From an uncultured cyanobacterium (GTDB lineage Bacteria; Cyanobacteriota; Cyanobacteriia; Cyanobacteriales; Cyanobacteriaceae), in contig CAVVOP010000005.1 of assembly GCA_963749915.1 (NCBI GenBank), positions 384,001 to 448,000 on the forward strand: 64,000 nt of DNA, in the 5' to 3' direction. The notes under the pieces were generated by a model. It searched no databases and was not told the DNA's origin. It saw only the letters and a program-made list of their open reading frames with translations. The position numbers and the translations under genes are program-made. Below are positions 54,228-64,000 of the stretch, in pieces (the stretch's first letter is position 1; each line of letters opens with the position of its first letter).

Positions 54228-54668
54228 ATGTTTCGTCGCCTATTAGCTATTATTACCATCTCAATCTCCTTTTTTCTCTTAACCACCATCTTAACCCCTT
54301 CAGCCGAAGCACTTACGCAGATAAAAATTACAGATATATCTTACAAAGAATGTCCTGCGGGGGTTGGGGAAGGAAGTGTCACCAGTGGAGGTAGTGCCTT
54401 ACCAGCAACTTGTTTTTTAATTACTGGTAAAACCAACAACACATCTGGCAAAACCTTATATGATGCCGACGTGTTTGGAAGGGTTTATGATGCCAATAAT
54501 GAACCGGTTTTACAAAATCGTAGCAGATTAGGGGCATTGGAGGAAGTACCACCGGGAGTGAGCGAGTTTGAATTGAGAATCAGTGTACCATCTAATCAAG
54601 CCACTCCCCTACAATTAAAACAGTTTAAAGCCACAGGTTTTTCTAGTAAAGTTTATCCAACTTTCTAA
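54228..54668 (+). CDS. Exported hypothetical protein
   Basis: Signal peptide, two Cys, DADVFGRVYDAN motif. Confidence 0.75.
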   Translation: MFRRLLAIITISISFFLLTTILTPSAEALTQIKITDISYKECPAGVGEGSVTSGGSALPATCFLITGKTNNTSGKTLYDADVFGRVYDANNEPVLQNRSRLGALEEVPPGVSEFELRISVPSNQATPLQLKQFKATGFSSKVYPTF

Positions 54669-54940
54669 ATTACCCCAACGATGGAAATTAATAATTGGGG
54701 GATTAGCTGTAAAACAATGATAGCTAGAATTGCGGAAAAATCGATGCCCCCTAAAGGTGGTATGATTGAACGAAAAATATTAAGATAAGGATCTGTTATT
54801 GGTGCCAAAAATGAGATAACATTACCTGCCCATTCAGCAGTTTGAAACCAACTTAAAAGGATTCTAACAAATATAAGTATTAAATATAACTGGATAAAAT
54901 TAGTCACGGTACTGATAACTAAATAGGTGATATCATTCAT
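54665..54940 (-). CDS. YggT/YlmG (Ycf19) membrane protein
   Basis: RILLSWF, TDPYLNIFR..IPPLGGIDFS. Confidence 0.88.
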   Translation of the reverse strand: MNDITYLVISTVTNFIQLYLILIFVRILLSWFQTAEWAGNVISFLAPITDPYLNIFRSIIPPLGGIDFSAILAIIVLQLIPQLLISIVGVI

Positions 54941-55011
54941 CGAATCAAGATTACTCCATTTTTCATAGTAATTTTATTCCTTTTATCTTAACTGAATTTG
55001 TCTGATTTAAG

Positions 55012-55668
55012 CTAACTTTTGCGGTTTAACCAAAAACTCCGCATTCCCACGGATTTGGCACCCCAATAATCCTCTTCGACACTATCCCCCATATACCAAG
55101 CGTTTTCTCCTTGACAGTTGTGCTTTGCTAAGGCCGTTAAGAAGATTTTCGGGTTAGGTTTTGCGACTCCCGTGAGGGAAGAAATAGTAATTGTTTGAAA
55201 ATATTGTCTTAAATTTAAGTTATCTAAAACCTCGTAAATCCGAGTATCAAAATTGGAGATGATACCTAATTCTATGCTTTGTTTTTGCCATCGATTTAAA
55301 CTAGGTATCACGTCATCATAAATAACCCAAGGTTGGCTAGTTTTAAAGTAGTTATAAAGTTCAAGAAAAAAGCCTTCAAAATCAGTAAATTCTTCTACGG
55401 CGTTATCCTGATTAAAGGTATTATAAGTAAGGGTTTGCCACCATTTAAACTCTAATTCTTTGATTTGTTCCTCATTTTCTTTGTCAAAAGCAAGAGGAGG
55501 AGACATTTTAAAGGCTTGATAGAAACAGCTATTAATGACTTTCCGGTCTCGATTAACTCCATATTTTTTCGCCAGTTGAGTATAAACATCTCCAACGCTA
55601 TTTTTTACTCCAAAAATTGTGCCAACGGCATCTAAAAAAATAACTTGAGGTTGATTATTGATCTTCAT
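55012..55668 (-). CDS. HAD-IA family hydrolase
   Basis: FLDAVGT, ISNFD, KP.P.IF, GDS..EDY.GA. Confidence 0.9.
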   Translation of the reverse strand: MKINNQPQVIFLDAVGTIFGVKNSVGDVYTQLAKKYGVNRDRKVINSCFYQAFKMSPPLAFDKENEEQIKELEFKWWQTLTYNTFNQDNAVEEFTDFEGFFLELYNYFKTSQPWVIYDDVIPSLNRWQKQSIELGIISNFDTRIYEVLDNLNLRQYFQTITISSLTGVAKPNPKIFLTALAKHNCQGENAWYMGDSVEEDYWGAKSVGMRSFWLNRKS

Positions 55669-55785
55669 TAATTTTTTTTGTTAATTAATTCTATTATCAC
55701 TATTTTCATTTCAGGAGAAGTAATTCGAGTTAAAGTGATTAATCTTTACTTTGGCAATTTTAAATATAAAAAGCCCATTCTGAAT

Positions 55786-56337
55786 TTACAATAGCAGAAA
55801 AGGGCGTGCCAGAAAATAGCTAGAGATGGTTTTGGCGTCAATTTCATGGCTAGTTAGGGCTAATTTTTCAAACTCATTAGGAGTCATTAACACTACCTCA
55901 ATATCTTCATCATCATCATGGGGTGGGGGTTTGGGTAGTTTTTCTAATTCTTGGGCGAGAAAAGCATAGATAAATTCATCAGAATATCCGGGAGCGAGGG
56001 GAAATTTCCCTAAATTGTGCCATTTTTTAGCAGTATAGCCCGTTTCTTCCTCTATTTCTCGTTTGACGGTGATTTCTGGATTCTCTCCTTTTTCCACTGT
56101 ACCGGCAGGAAACTCCAACAATCGACTTTTGAGGGCAAAGCGATATTGACGTACCAAAAGTAATTTCCCTTCATTAGTGACAGGCACTGCCAACGCACCC
56201 CCGGGATGACGGATACATTCCCATTCTCCCTCTGCACCATTAGGTAATCTTAGCTTATTTACTTCAAATTGAAACTTTTTACCTTGAAAAAATAAACGGG
56301 GGTTTAAAATTTCTGGGAACTCTTGTTTTTCTGACAT
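55786..56337 (-). CDS. NUDIX hydrolase (ADP-ribose pyrophosphatase-like)
   Basis: HPGGA, RQYR, EFPAG.VEKGE......KREIEEETG Nudix box; start set at the ATG of MSEKQ. Confidence 0.88.
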   Translation of the reverse strand: MSEKQEFPEILNPRLFFQGKKFQFEVNKLRLPNGAEGEWECIRHPGGALAVPVTNEGKLLLVRQYRFALKSRLLEFPAGTVEKGENPEITVKREIEEETGYTAKKWHNLGKFPLAPGYSDEFIYAFLAQELEKLPKPPPHDDDEDIEVVLMTPNEFEKLALTSHEIDAKTISSYFLARPFLLL

Positions 56338-56515
56338 TATTTCATTATTTAACTGACAATGTAGATATTTTTTCATTCTTATTATAAACAAAGGGGGGAG
56401 AGGGGATACTGACAAGGGTAGGTTTTTTACATTTGGGTGAAGACTTGCGGGGACAAGGGTGGAAAGTGGACAAGGAAGAGGGGATAAAGGCTTTTAATAT
56501 GTCATAAAAATTTCA

Positions 56516-57760
56516 TTAATTACGATTTGCCGTAACAATATTAACAGGATTAAGAGGATTAAAACGGGTATTTTTGCCAATAGCTAAAGATTTATATATT
56601 TGTAAATTAAGAATCTCATAATGCCAGCAATTTTCTTTAAACCATTGTAAGGCCTGGTTTAAATTTTCGATGGTAGCTAAAGCAATAACTATTTTTCCTT
56701 CGGAATTAATTTTAGTTTTGATAATATCTAATAAAGAGATTAAACTGCCGCCACTTCCGCCGATAAAAATACGATGAGGGTTAGGTAAATTTTGAATAAC
56801 GTTTTCTGCTGAGTTATGAATTATTTTGACATTATTTACTTGGAATTTACGGCAATTGTCTGTGATTAAATTTATTCCCACAGCTGTTTTTTCGATGGCA
56901 TAAATTTGACTACTATTTACCAATCTGGCTATCTCTATAGAAACACTACCAGTACCCGCTCCAATATCCCAAATTATCTGTTTCGGTTGTAAAACTAGTG
57001 CCCCTAATATCATTAATCTTACTTCTTTTTTTGTCATTAATCCTGGTTGATCAGGAAAAGTTTTAAAGAGATTATCCGGTAATCCCATGATAGGCAATTT
57101 ATCCAAGTCTAAAAATTCTTGATCATCGTCATTTTTTTTAATTAAGATAACTATATTTAAGAGAGATATTGATTCTAGGTTTATATCTTCTTCTTCTTTT
57201 ATGGGAGTTATTTTTTCTTTTTGACTGCCCAAATTTTCACATAGCCAAAAATAATATTTCACTCTCATTTTTAGCTGACGATAAACTTGCCAAATAATTA
57301 AAGGGTTGTTAGTGTTATCCGTTAAGATAGCAATTTTTTCATAACCTTTTTTTAATCCTTGAATTAACGGGTCAATATCCCTACCATGAATACTAATAAA
57401 TTGGGAATCCTGCCAGGGTATTTTTAACCGATTAAACCCTAGTTGAATACAAGCATAATGGGGGTAAAATTCTAATTCTTCAGGCAAAAAATTACTAACT
57501 AAAATTCTACCAATACCAAAAAATAAAGGATCTCCTGTGGCTAATATGACTATGTTTTCTCCTCTTTTTTGATATTCTTTGATATCGGTAATTATTGTTT
57601 CTAAGTTATTAATTTTTAGTTTAATTGCTGAATGGTTACTGAAATATTTTAAATGGCGATCGCCACCGACCAAAACTGTGGCTTGATTGACGATTTTTAA
57701 GACAGAATTAGTTAAACTATTCGCCCCTTCTAAACCAATCCCAACAATTTTAATGACCAT
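56516..57760 (-). CDS. cbiE: Precorrin-6Y C5,15-methyltransferase (decarboxylating), CbiE/CbiT fusion
   Basis: VGIG, GGDRHL, GDPLFFGIG, SIHGR; MTKKEVR, WDIGAGTGSVS, FIGGSGG. Confidence 0.9.
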   Translation of the reverse strand: MVIKIVGIGLEGANSLTNSVLKIVNQATVLVGGDRHLKYFSNHSAIKLKINNLETIITDIKEYQKRGENIVILATGDPLFFGIGRILVSNFLPEELEFYPHYACIQLGFNRLKIPWQDSQFISIHGRDIDPLIQGLKKGYEKIAILTDNTNNPLIIWQVYRQLKMRVKYYFWLCENLGSQKEKITPIKEEEDINLESISLLNIVILIKKNDDDQEFLDLDKLPIMGLPDNLFKTFPDQPGLMTKKEVRLMILGALVLQPKQIIWDIGAGTGSVSIEIARLVNSSQIYAIEKTAVGINLITDNCRKFQVNNVKIIHNSAENVIQNLPNPHRIFIGGSGGSLISLLDIIKTKINSEGKIVIALATIENLNQALQWFKENCWHYEILNLQIYKSLAIGKNTRFNPLNPVNIVTANRN

Positions 57761-57874
57761 AAATATAATTAATAGTTGATAGTTTACAATTCTTATTTAT
57801 GCCGTCATTGATTGAGAATAAAAATTAATCTTTTATTATTCATTGTTTATCACCCATGGTTGATTATTTATGTT

Positions 57875-59380
57875 TTATTGCCAATATAAATCAACATAAT
57901 TAATTTTAGCATAAGGCTCTAGTGATTGTAAAATGTTAATACCATAACTACGATAATTAACCCGATTATCTAATAATGCCATAACCCCTCGATTTTTTCT
58001 AATAGATATGGTAGCCTGTTGTAAAATTTTAATGGCAGAAGGTAAAAGATAAAGACGAAACCAGTCTTTTTTCTGATTTTTATAGTGGGTAACTTGAGCA
58101 GAAATAAGAGGATTTTCTAAGGAGGGGATAGGTAAAGTCGCAAAAATTAATAATATAGGTGTTAATAATTGGGATTGATAATTTAACCAGAATTTAGTAT
58201 CACAAACGAGGATACTATTTTTGCCGATCCCTAAGGAATTTAATTGTACTCTTGAACCAAAATAAGCCGCTAAATTAGAGGCAATTTGTCCTTGTAATGG
58301 CACATCATCAATAATAACAATGATGGGACGATGATTAATTTTTATACTACTAACCAAGGATAAAATTTCTTGGGTAACTCGACTTTGAAACTGAGGATTA
58401 TTTGGGAAAGGAAAATTATGAGGAAAGTATAAGTTAAGATGTTGATTTTGCTGATCAGGAGAAAACTTTAAGCAAGTAAAATTATCTAAATTTAAGCCCA
58501 AGTATTCACTATAATCAATAGGATATTTTTGTGGCTCTAAATAATTGGATAATAAAATTAAAGGTTTATTTTGCCAAATTTGATTAATTAAAGATTTTAA
58601 CTCTAAAGGTGATGATTTAATCGTAAAAGAACCTTGTTCTCGATTGATGTTAAAATAGTTGACGTATTTATTCTTTTCTGATAAGGCCAGTTGCAAATTA
58701 ATAAATTTTTCTAAAACTTCTTTTTTTTCTGTTTCTATTTTGACTAAATTACATATCTGCTCAATAACAGTTATTTCCTCTTCTTCTAATAAATAGCTAT
58801 TATAAGGATTAGGGGGATGACTATAAATTAATTTGGTTAATTTGGCCAATTTTTCTCGAATAAAATTTTGATGTTGAGAAAGAGATGACTGTAAATTATA
58901 CCAGTCTTGAAAAGTTATTTCTTGAGTCAAATACTCAGTGATAATATCGGGTAAATTTTCCGCTTCCTCAATAATAGTAACAATATCCTTATCTAATAAG
59001 TTATTAATCACTAAGTCTAACCAATGATGATAAGTAATTACATATAAAGCCGATTTTTCGACTAAATTTTGCCGATAGTCAGTAATAACAAATTTTTTCG
59101 TATTTAACCACTGTTGTAAACTGGGTATTTTTTCGGCAACTAATCTTTGTTGAATTTCCTTTTCTGCCACGATAATAACCGAAGAAGAAGACAACAAGGC
59201 CGGAATTACGTAACTGGAATAATACTGTTGATAACTTAGCCCAGTTTGAATAATAGTTGGTCGTCCTAATCTTAACCCACGAGCGACCATTCTCGCCATG
59301 GTTAAATGATGTAACCAACAAGACTGAGATTTCTCATGTAAAAAATTTCTCAACTCTGAATGTACTTCTACTTCTAACAT
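57875..59380 (-). CDS. DinG-like helicase C-terminal domain protein (degenerate)
   Basis: W.HHLTMARMVAR N-terminus; LPIPSLE.P, DWFR.YLLP, LLDNRV..RSYG (Helicase_C_2-like). Confidence 0.75.
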   Translation of the reverse strand: MLEVEVHSELRNFLHEKSQSCWLHHLTMARMVARGLRLGRPTIIQTGLSYQQYYSSYVIPALLSSSSVIIVAEKEIQQRLVAEKIPSLQQWLNTKKFVITDYRQNLVEKSALYVITYHHWLDLVINNLLDKDIVTIIEEAENLPDIITEYLTQEITFQDWYNLQSSLSQHQNFIREKLAKLTKLIYSHPPNPYNSYLLEEEEITVIEQICNLVKIETEKKEVLEKFINLQLALSEKNKYVNYFNINREQGSFTIKSSPLELKSLINQIWQNKPLILLSNYLEPQKYPIDYSEYLGLNLDNFTCLKFSPDQQNQHLNLYFPHNFPFPNNPQFQSRVTQEILSLVSSIKINHRPIIVIIDDVPLQGQIASNLAAYFGSRVQLNSLGIGKNSILVCDTKFWLNYQSQLLTPILLIFATLPIPSLENPLISAQVTHYKNQKKDWFRLYLLPSAIKILQQATISIRKNRGVMALLDNRVNYRSYGINILQSLEPYAKINYVDLYWQ

Positions 59381-59510
59381 TAATAATCTACTATTTGCTT
59401 ACAAGGGGGGTAACTTTTCGCCAATTTTCAAATTTTACCTTTGATCACTCAATGTTGTGAGAAGATAAGTAAAGTTATAGTTTAATAAAAAATCATAGGA
59501 AATATTATCA

Positions 59511-59846
59511 ATGGCTCAAATTGAATTTGCTAGAGGCATAGTAGAAGAATCTATCCCCGATGTTAAATTAACTCGTTCCCGTGACGGTAGCAACGGTACC
59601 GCAACATTTCGTTTTGAAAGTTCTAAAGTACTAGAAGGCGGTAATACTCAAGAAATTACCGGAATGTACCTAACAGATGAAGAAGGAGAATTGGTCACTC
59701 GTGAGGTAAAGTGCAAATTTATTAACGGTGAACCTAAAGCTATAGAAGCAATTTACTTGATGAAATCTCCTCAAGAATGGGACAGATTTATGCGTTTTAT
59801 GGAACGTTATGCACAAGAACACGGTTTAGATTTTACTAAATCTTAA
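59511..59846 (+). CDS. psb28: Photosystem II assembly factor Psb28
   Basis: [32 protein letters not shown]. Confidence 0.95.
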   Translation: MAQIEFARGIVEESIPDVKLTRSRDGSNGTATFRFESSKVLEGGNTQEITGMYLTDEEGELVTREVKCKFINGEPKAIEAIYLMKSPQEWDRFMRFMERYAQEHGLDFTKS

Positions 59847-59871
59847 TATCAACTTAGTTATAGGCAATTAA

Positions 59872-60013
59872 TATAGCAATCAGTTTTGATTTGTGAGATT
59901 TTGGTGAGACTAGGAGTCAGGAGTCAGAATTATTCTACTGAATACTGGATTCTGGATTCTGAATCCTTTTAAAACAATTATTTGATTCTCACGAATGATT
60001 CCTGATTGCTATA
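59872..60013. mobile_element. MITE with TATAGCAATCAG termini and internal heptamer repeats
   Basis: TATAGCAATCAGTTTTGATTTGTGAGA ... TCTCACGAATGATTCCTGATTGCTATA; TA at both ends; GGAGTCA and TCTGGAT repeats inside. Confidence 0.7.
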
Positions 60014-60097
60014 GTTAGCAATTAACAATTAATATTATCATAAATTATTCATGAAAAAAAAGGTAATTTTGTAAAAAATTCTCAATTCTAAATTCTA

Positions 60098-60601
60098 ATG
60101 TCTATTCCTCATCAATATTCAAGGATAAATAGCGTTAATTGTGCCGTTATTACCGTTAGTGATACTCGCCTTGAAGAAACGGATATTAGCGGCAAAATTG
60201 CTCAGGAAATATTAATTAATGCCGGTCATAAAATCCTTCATTATCAAATTATTAAAGATGAACCAGAACATATAAAATCTTTATTGGTAAATTTAACATC
60301 TAATGAACAATTAAACTGCATTATTTTTTCTGGTGGCACAGGTATATCTTTAAGGGATAATACTTATGATATAGTAAGCAAAATGTTAGAAAAAACATTA
60401 TCAGGTTTTGGGGAAATATTCCGTTTTTTAAGTTATCAAGAAATTGGCTCAAGGGCTATTGCATCGAGAGCTACAGCGGGGTTGCACCGGGGGAAAATAG
60501 TCTTTTCTTTACCTGGATCTCAAAATGGTGTTAAACTGGGTTTAGAAAAGCTAATTGTACCCGAATTAACTCATTTAGTTGATCAAATTAATCAAGGTTA
60601 G
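60098..60601 (+). CDS. moaB: Molybdenum cofactor biosynthesis protein MoaB/MogA
   Basis: ITVSDTR, D.SG, KDE, GGTG...RD.T, GFGE.FR, SRA, LPGS. Confidence 0.85.
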   Translation: MSIPHQYSRINSVNCAVITVSDTRLEETDISGKIAQEILINAGHKILHYQIIKDEPEHIKSLLVNLTSNEQLNCIIFSGGTGISLRDNTYDIVSKMLEKTLSGFGEIFRFLSYQEIGSRAIASRATAGLHRGKIVFSLPGSQNGVKLGLEKLIVPELTHLVDQINQG

Positions 60602-60607
60602 TTTTAT

Positions 60608-61141
60608 ATGTCCAACAATCATAATGATGATTTAGAATCTTTAAAAATTAATCAAAAAAAACTTGTCAATTTTCAAGAATGGTGTGCTAAAAATGAGATT
60701 AACTATCTAGCTATCATTGAAAACTTTATCGATTCCTGTTTAGCAAATAATCAAGTAATTATTGAAGGCGTAATCAATAAAAAAGGAAAAGTTAATTTTG
60801 AGGAAAAAATTAATTCAATCGTCAGTGATTCTTTACAACCTCTCGTGGCTAGAATTGAGAAATTAGAGTCACAATTAAAGGAAAAAAATAATTATTGTCC
60901 AGGCGAAAATGAACTTAATCATCAACCATTATTATCTGATTCACCCGAAGAAAATATTGATAAAAGAGTTTATTTACCCCGTCAAGAAGTATGGCAAAGA
61001 CTAAAACAAACTGATTATATTAAATATTCTGGTTATGATAGTTTTTTGAAGGCTAAAGGTGATCAACTCGTGGAATATGGTATCTTTTTTGATGAAAATA
61101 AAAAACGCTTTTATATAATAGACATCTCCAAAAATTTATAA
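60608..61141 (+). CDS. Hypothetical protein
   Basis: 177-aa ORF 6 nt after moaB; central coiled coil. Confidence 0.6.
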   Translation: MSNNHNDDLESLKINQKKLVNFQEWCAKNEINYLAIIENFIDSCLANNQVIIEGVINKKGKVNFEEKINSIVSDSLQPLVARIEKLESQLKEKNNYCPGENELNHQPLLSDSPEENIDKRVYLPRQEVWQRLKQTDYIKYSGYDSFLKAKGDQLVEYGIFFDENKKRFYIIDISKNL

Positions 61142-61298
61142 CAAAGTTATAACCACACTTTTAACCCCTTATTTTTCTACTCAAGGCGATCGCCAATCTA
61201 TAAATTATGCTGACTCAATTTCGTGAAAGCTTTACACAGAAGTAATTTTAGGCTATTAATTGAGAACACAATCTTCACAATGAGCGAACGGTGAGACA

Positions 61299-62285
<987 letters not shown>

Positions 62286-62378
62286 TTATTTTATATGATT
62301 AAATTTGACAATATCTTTATCATTGCATATAAGGCTAAATTTAATTTCTAAGTTTTTTTAAGATAATACAAAAAAAAT

Positions 62379-63218
62379 CTATAAAATATACTTGGCGATG
62401 GCCTCTGCCACTCCGTCATTTTCCACATCCCCAGTAACTACGGAGGTAATGGCTTTAATTTCTTCGGGTGCGTCATTCATAGCTACACTAAAACCAGCGT
62501 ATTTTAACATGGCATAATCATTAAAATTATCGCCGATGGTCATAATTTCTTCGGCGGTGAATCCCAGTATTTTCTCGACTAAATATTGAACAGCTGTACC
62601 TTTGTTGACCCCTGCTTGAGTCGCTTCCAAATAAATGGGATTAGATTGAGTTAAGTATAATTCATGATCTTGATAACGATTTTTTAAGTCATTTAACATT
62701 TGCGAAATTAAATCAGCATCAGGGCTTGAAGCGAGTATTTTCGTGGGATTTTCCTGTAAAAGAGTAGTCAAATCACCAACAATATTAACATCAATGCCTG
62801 ATCTTTCCACATAAAAATCTGTTTTTTTCGTAAATTTTTCTACGTACAATTGATCATTAAAATAAAGATGAATTTCAATATTACCATTGTTATTTTGTTG
62901 AGCTTTTAAATAAGTAAATAATTCTTGAGCTTTTTCTTTATTTACAGGATTATGCAATAATAATTCTGAGTTTTTGGGGTCTTGGATCCATGCCCCATTA
63001 TAACCAATTATTGGTAAATCTGCCCCGATATCATGGTGAAATCTCAGGGCTGAACAATACATCCTACCCGTAGCTAAACCTACTTTTATGCCTCTATTTT
63101 GTGCATCTTTTATAGCCTTTTTTACCCTATCAGTAACTTGATTAGATTGCCCTGAAATTGTACCGTCAATATCTAAAATTAATACTTTAATGTTGTTCAT
63201 AATCATATTCTCAGCCAA
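62379..63218 (-). CDS. Cof-type HAD-IIB hydrolase
   Basis: LDIDGT, ATGR, NGA, K, GDNFND. Confidence 0.9.
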   Translation of the reverse strand: MAENMIMNNIKVLILDIDGTISGQSNQVTDRVKKAIKDAQNRGIKVGLATGRMYCSALRFHHDIGADLPIIGYNGAWIQDPKNSELLLHNPVNKEKAQELFTYLKAQQNNNGNIEIHLYFNDQLYVEKFTKKTDFYVERSGIDVNIVGDLTTLLQENPTKILASSPDADLISQMLNDLKNRYQDHELYLTQSNPIYLEATQAGVNKGTAVQYLVEKILGFTAEEIMTIGDNFNDYAMLKYAGFSVAMNDAPEEIKAITSVVTGDVENDGVAEAIAKYIL

Positions 63219-63273
63219 GGTTAATGATTTTCTTGCATTATGACTGACATTGTAAAATAAAACAAATCAAGCA

Positions 63274-64000
63274 TTAAACTTTCCTTTTATTAGTGCGATT
63301 AAGTTGGTAAAAACGGGCAAATTGCGGTAAATCTTCTTGATGCCCTAGCACAATCAAAACATCTCCTGAATTTAGTAATAAAGACGGATTAGGATGAGTT
63401 ATTAATGGTTCATTACCTCGCCTTAAAGCCACGACGATAAATGCCCCCTTCCCCCTGATTTCTAGCTCTCTGACAGTTCTACCCACCAAGCGAGAAGTGG
63501 CCCCCACCACTAACTCCTCCATTTGGACGTTAATCTGCATTAATAAATCATTTAAGTAACTTTGTTCTTCTTTTTGGGCCAAAAAATCTACCATGCTGGG
63601 AGAAGTGATTAAATTTGCCATGCGTAAACCGCTAACACTGGCAGGTGAAACCACATGATTCGCCCCGGCTAACCTCAATTTTTTTTCTGTGGTAGGAAGT
63701 TCCCCTCTAGCGAGAATAATCAAGTCTGGGTTTAATTCCCTAGCGGTAAGGGTGATAAAAACATTAGTGGCATCATTGGGTAAAACCGTTGCTAATACCT
63801 TCGCCTTTTCAATGCCAACGCTAACAAGCACATTTTCGTCCGTAGCATCTCCTTCTTGTACTAAATAAGCACGATTTTTAGCAGTAATCAGATTTTCCGC
63901 ATCGTTATCGATAATCACGAAATATTCTGGGGTTTCATTTAATTGTTGAGCTAAAACTTGCCCAATGTGCCCAAAACCGCAGATAATAATGTGATTTTCG
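63274..64000 (-). CDS. Potassium channel/TrkA-type RCK domain protein (5' end outside window)
   Basis: The frame continues to the window edge: HIIICGFGHIG; GDATDE..L; TrkA-C domain. Confidence 0.85.
   Translation of the reverse strand, partial: ENHIIICGFGHIGQVLAQQLNETPEYFVIIDNDAENLITAKNRAYLVQEGDATDENVLVSVGIEKAKVLATVLPNDATNVFITLTARELNPDLIILARGELPTTEKKLRLAGANHVVSPASVSGLRMANLITSPSMVDFLAQKEEQSYLNDLLMQINVQMEELVVGATSRLVGRTVRELEIRGKGAFIVVALRRGNEPLITHPNPSLLLNSGDVLIVLGHQEDLPQFARFYQLNRTNKRKV

Noticed and set aside
57875..59380. DinG-like protein as a defence (type IV CRISPR) component
   Set aside because: Resembles the ordinary degenerate cyanobacterial DinG-like protein among core genes; no cas or defence context

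Overview
An AT-rich (about 35% GC by eye) cyanobacterial chromosome segment, consistent with a unicellular Cyanobacterium/Geminocystis-like organism; the HIP1 octamer GCGATCGC is frequent. Core genes include thiE, psbA, pntB, murF, a Hik2-like kinase, aroE, thiC with a TPP riboswitch, petB-petD, pxcA, tmk, cbiE/T, psb28, moaB and por. Accessory parts: (i) a HIP1-rich block at 1-12.1 kb, broken by an IS1634 element that joins two unrelated truncated genes and ending in a solo copy of the same terminal repeat; (ii) a 7-gene cluster at 18.0-25.5 kb (SMR-type flippase, FAD oxidoreductase, two GT2 proteins, NAD epimerase, GT-C-like membrane protein, TIM-barrel isomerase) that looks like a complete lipid-linked sugar-modification system and carries a decayed hicB-hicA remnant; (iii) an internally deleted IS after pntB; (iv) a Dam-like methylase plus PD-(D/E)XK nuclease pair between aroE and thiC; (v) a tnpB 3'-end/omegaRNA-like remnant between petB and petD; (vi) several MITEs and heptamer repeats. 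No rRNA, tRNA or CRISPR array was seen. All calls come from reading motifs by eye; no database searches were run.
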